From NCBI GenBank assembly GCA_963816185.1, contig CAWFJJ010000001.1, forward strand, positions 480,001 to 544,000: 64,000 nt of DNA, written 5' to 3'. This document shows positions 61,692-64,000 of this stretch, piece after piece. The position numbers and the translations under genes were made by a program. Position 1 is the stretch's first letter, and the number at the start of each line of letters is the position of its first letter. The notes below the pieces were generated by a model. It saw only the letters and a program-made list of their open reading frames with translations, made no database searches and had not been told where the DNA came from. Source of the stretch: Thermoanaerobaculia bacterium. GTDB lineage: Bacteria > Acidobacteriota > Thermoanaerobaculia > UBA5066.

Positions 61692-62407
61692 GATCCGGCC
61701 GTGACGCGCAGGAAGATCTCCTCGAGCGACGCGTCCCCGCCCGCGTTTGCCCTGATCTCGTCGAGCGTGCCGAAGAGCACCGCCTTCCCGCGCGAGAGGA
61801 CGAGGACGCGGGAGCAGATCTCCTCGACGAGCGGCAGGAGGTGCGACGAGACGATGACGGAAGCTCCGGCCGCGGCCCGGCGCACGATCGTCTGTTTCAT
61901 CTTGCGGATGCCGCCGGGATCGATGCCGGTCAGCGGCTCGTCGAAGACGAGGACCTCGGGGTCGTGGAGGAGGCCGCAGGCCACGACGAGCTTCTGCTTC
62001 ATCCCCCGGGACAGCTCCGCGGGCAGCGCGCGCTCCTTGCCGGCCAGCTCCAGCTCGTCGAGAAGGGCGCGCGCGCGAGGTCCGGCGTCCGCCCCCACGC
62101 CGTACAGCCGCCCGGTGAAGGCGAGGTGGTCTTCCACCGTCAGGTACTCGAAAAGGCGCGGCTCGTCCGGCATGAACGCGAGGCGGCGCCGCGCCTCCAC
62201 CGGCTGCGCCGCAAGGTCGAATCCGGCGATCCTGATCGTGCCCGCGTTCGGCGGCAGGATCCCCGCGAGACACCGCAGCGTCGTCGTCTTGCCGGCGCCG
62301 TTCGGGCCCACGAGGCCCAGCACCTCGCCGCGCGCGACCCGGAAGCTCAGGCCGTCCACGGCCGTGAGGTTCTGATACGCCTTGACGAGCCCCTCGACTT
62401 CGATCAC
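61688..62407 (-). CDS. ABC transporter ATP-binding protein
   Basis: GPNGAGKTT, LSRGMKQK, VFDEP, SSH. Confidence 0.95.
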   Translation of the reverse strand: MIEVEGLVKAYQNLTAVDGLSFRVARGEVLGLVGPNGAGKTTTLRCLAGILPPNAGTIRIAGFDLAAQPVEARRRLAFMPDEPRLFEYLTVEDHLAFTGRLYGVGADAGPRARALLDELELAGKERALPAELSRGMKQKLVVACGLLHDPEVLVFDEPLTGIDPGGIRKMKQTIVRRAAAGASVIVSSHLLPLVEEICSRVLVLSRGKAVLFGTLDEIRANAGGDASLEEIFLRVTAGS

Positions 62408-62468
62408 GTGGGGCGCAGTGTACGGAAAACGAGAACCGCGCTCGCGCTGACGCTACACTTCTCGGCGC

Positions 62469-63641
62469 ATGTCGCGCCTGACTCTCCAGACCGCCGGCGA
62501 GTCCCACGGTCCGCTCCTGACCGGTCTCGTCACCGGGCTGCCGGCCGGGCTGAGGATCGACGTCGCGGCGCTGAACGGAGACCTCGCGCGGCGGCAGCAC
62601 GGGTACGGCCGCGGCGGCCGCATGAAGATCGAGAAGGACGAGGCGCGGTTCACGGGCGGCCTGAGGGGCGGCGAGACGCTCGGGGGCCCGATCGCCTTCG
62701 AGATCGCGAACCGGGACCACGGCGTGTGGGAGGGCGTCATGGGGCCGGTCGAGATCGACGTGGAGGCTGCGGGAAAGAGGAAGCTCACGTCGCCACGTCC
62801 GGGCCACGCGGACCTCGCGGGCGGCCTGAAGTACGGCCGGCGCGACCTGCGCGATATTCTCGAGCGCGCGAGCGCGCGCGAATCCGCGGCGCGCGTGGCG
62901 GCCGGCGCGCTCTGCCGGCAACTCCTTTTCGTCTTCGGGATCCGTGTGAAGAGCGGCGTGCTTTCGATCGGCGACGTCGCGGTACCTGAGGGGCCGCGCG
63001 ACTTCGACGACCTCGACAAGGTCGACGAAACGTCGCCGTTCCGGCTCGTGGACCGGAGCGTCGAGGCGGCCATGAAGGACGCCGTCGACGCGGCCGCAAA
63101 GGCAGGCGACACGCTCGGCGGGACGATTCTCGTCGGCGCCCGCGGTGTGCCGGCGGGCCTCGGCTCCCACGTGTCGTGGGAGGAGAAGCTGGACGGCCGG
63201 ATCGCGCGCGCGCTGATGTCGATTCCCTCCGTGAAGGCCGTCTCCCTGGGCGAGGGCGTCGCGAACGCGTTCCGCCGCGGCTCCGCCGCGCACGACCCGA
63301 TCGCGTACGAGGCCGGGCGTGGATTCTCACGGACCTCGAACCGCGCCGGCGGCCTCGAAGGCGGCATCACGAACGGCGAGGACGTCCTCGCCAGGCTCTA
63401 CCAGAAGCCGATCTCCACGCTTCGCGACGGCCTTCCGTCGGTGGATATCGAGACCAAGAAGCCGCACCGGGCGCAGTTCGAGCGTTCGGACGTGACGGCC
63501 GTGCCCGCGTGCGGGGTCATCGGAGAAGCGATGCTCGCCTTCGTCCTCGCCGACGCCCTCCTCGAGAAGACGGGGGGGGATTCCATGGAAGAAGTGACGA
63601 GGAATTTCGAGGGTTTTACGAAAGCGCAGAAACAATACTGA
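62469..63641 (+). CDS. aroC: Chorismate synthase
   Basis: TAGESHG, RRQHGYGRGGRM, PRPGHAD, ERASARESAARVA, NRAGGLEGGITNG, ERSD. Confidence 0.96.
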   Translation: MSRLTLQTAGESHGPLLTGLVTGLPAGLRIDVAALNGDLARRQHGYGRGGRMKIEKDEARFTGGLRGGETLGGPIAFEIANRDHGVWEGVMGPVEIDVEAAGKRKLTSPRPGHADLAGGLKYGRRDLRDILERASARESAARVAAGALCRQLLFVFGIRVKSGVLSIGDVAVPEGPRDFDDLDKVDETSPFRLVDRSVEAAMKDAVDAAAKAGDTLGGTILVGARGVPAGLGSHVSWEEKLDGRIARALMSIPSVKAVSLGEGVANAFRRGSAAHDPIAYEAGRGFSRTSNRAGGLEGGITNGEDVLARLYQKPISTLRDGLPSVDIETKKPHRAQFERSDVTAVPACGVIGEAMLAFVLADALLEKTGGDSMEEVTRNFEGFTKAQKQY

Positions 63642-63685
63642 ACATTTCGAAGAGAATCTTCTTAGAAGGGTAAGAGGGCCAGCCC

Positions 63686-64000
63686 GTGGACTTCGACCTG
63701 GAATTTCCTTCTAAGAAATCTTCCGTCCAGTTCAACCACGCCGCCGTCTGTCCGCTGCCCGCCCGCGCGGCCGCCGCACTGCTCGCGTACGCGCGCAACC
63801 TGACGGAGCGCGGAGGCCTCGACTGGCACGACTGGCCGAAGAAGGCCGACGAGGTTCGCGCCTTCGCGGCGCACCTCGTCGGCGCGGACGAGCGCGTCGG
63901 GGGAGCCGGCTCGATCTCGATCGTGCCGAACACCACGTGGGGCCTCGACATCGTGGCGCAGGGGCTCGACTTCTTGCCCGGCGACTCGGTCGTCACGACG
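63686..64000 (+). CDS. Class V PLP aminotransferase / cysteine desulfurase-like, truncated by window end
   Basis: Not in the ORF track. From GTG 63686: MDFDLEFPSKKSSVQFNHAAVCPLP...IVPNTTWGLDIVAQGLDFLPGDSVVTT. Confidence 0.85.
   Translation, partial: MDFDLEFPSKKSSVQFNHAAVCPLPARAAAALLAYARNLTERGGLDWHDWPKKADEVRAFAAHLVGADERVGGAGSISIVPNTTWGLDIVAQGLDFLPGDSVVTT

Overview
GC-rich bacterial chromosomal window. Gene content (Oar-type TonB receptor, Acidobacterial VWFA and GWxTD proteins, sulfatase-like/TPR lipoproteins) suggests Acidobacteriota, probably Thermoanaerobaculia-like; this is inference. Left to right: three tandem Thr-type sulfatase-like lipoproteins behind a TonB-dependent receptor; VWA, DUF4388-HDOD and GWxTD genes; methylmalonyl-CoA mutase large subunit; an AT-richer spacer with DnaA-box-like and IHF-like sites; tdk, nth, a CpdB-like nucleotidase, rho and a DEAD-box helicase; a divergent heme cluster (hemE-hemN-hemH-hemY / ccsA-hemA-hemC-hemD-hemB-hemL) followed by kynU; a seven-gene cytochrome locus (MtrC-MtrA-MtrB-like conduit, monoheme cytochrome, split CbcL-like 11-heme plus cytochrome b pair, ImcH-like NapC/NirT protein); a PAS-LuxR regulator, ABC exporter and aroC. 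At least six genes are frameshifted, probably from long-read assembly errors. The most unexpected signal is a 14-bp motif, CYTTCKAAGAAATC, seen about 14 times in clusters 8-10 kb apart, mostly inside genes and in different frames and strands. No rRNA, tRNA, CRISPR or transposase was recognised. All calls are by eye; no searches were run.
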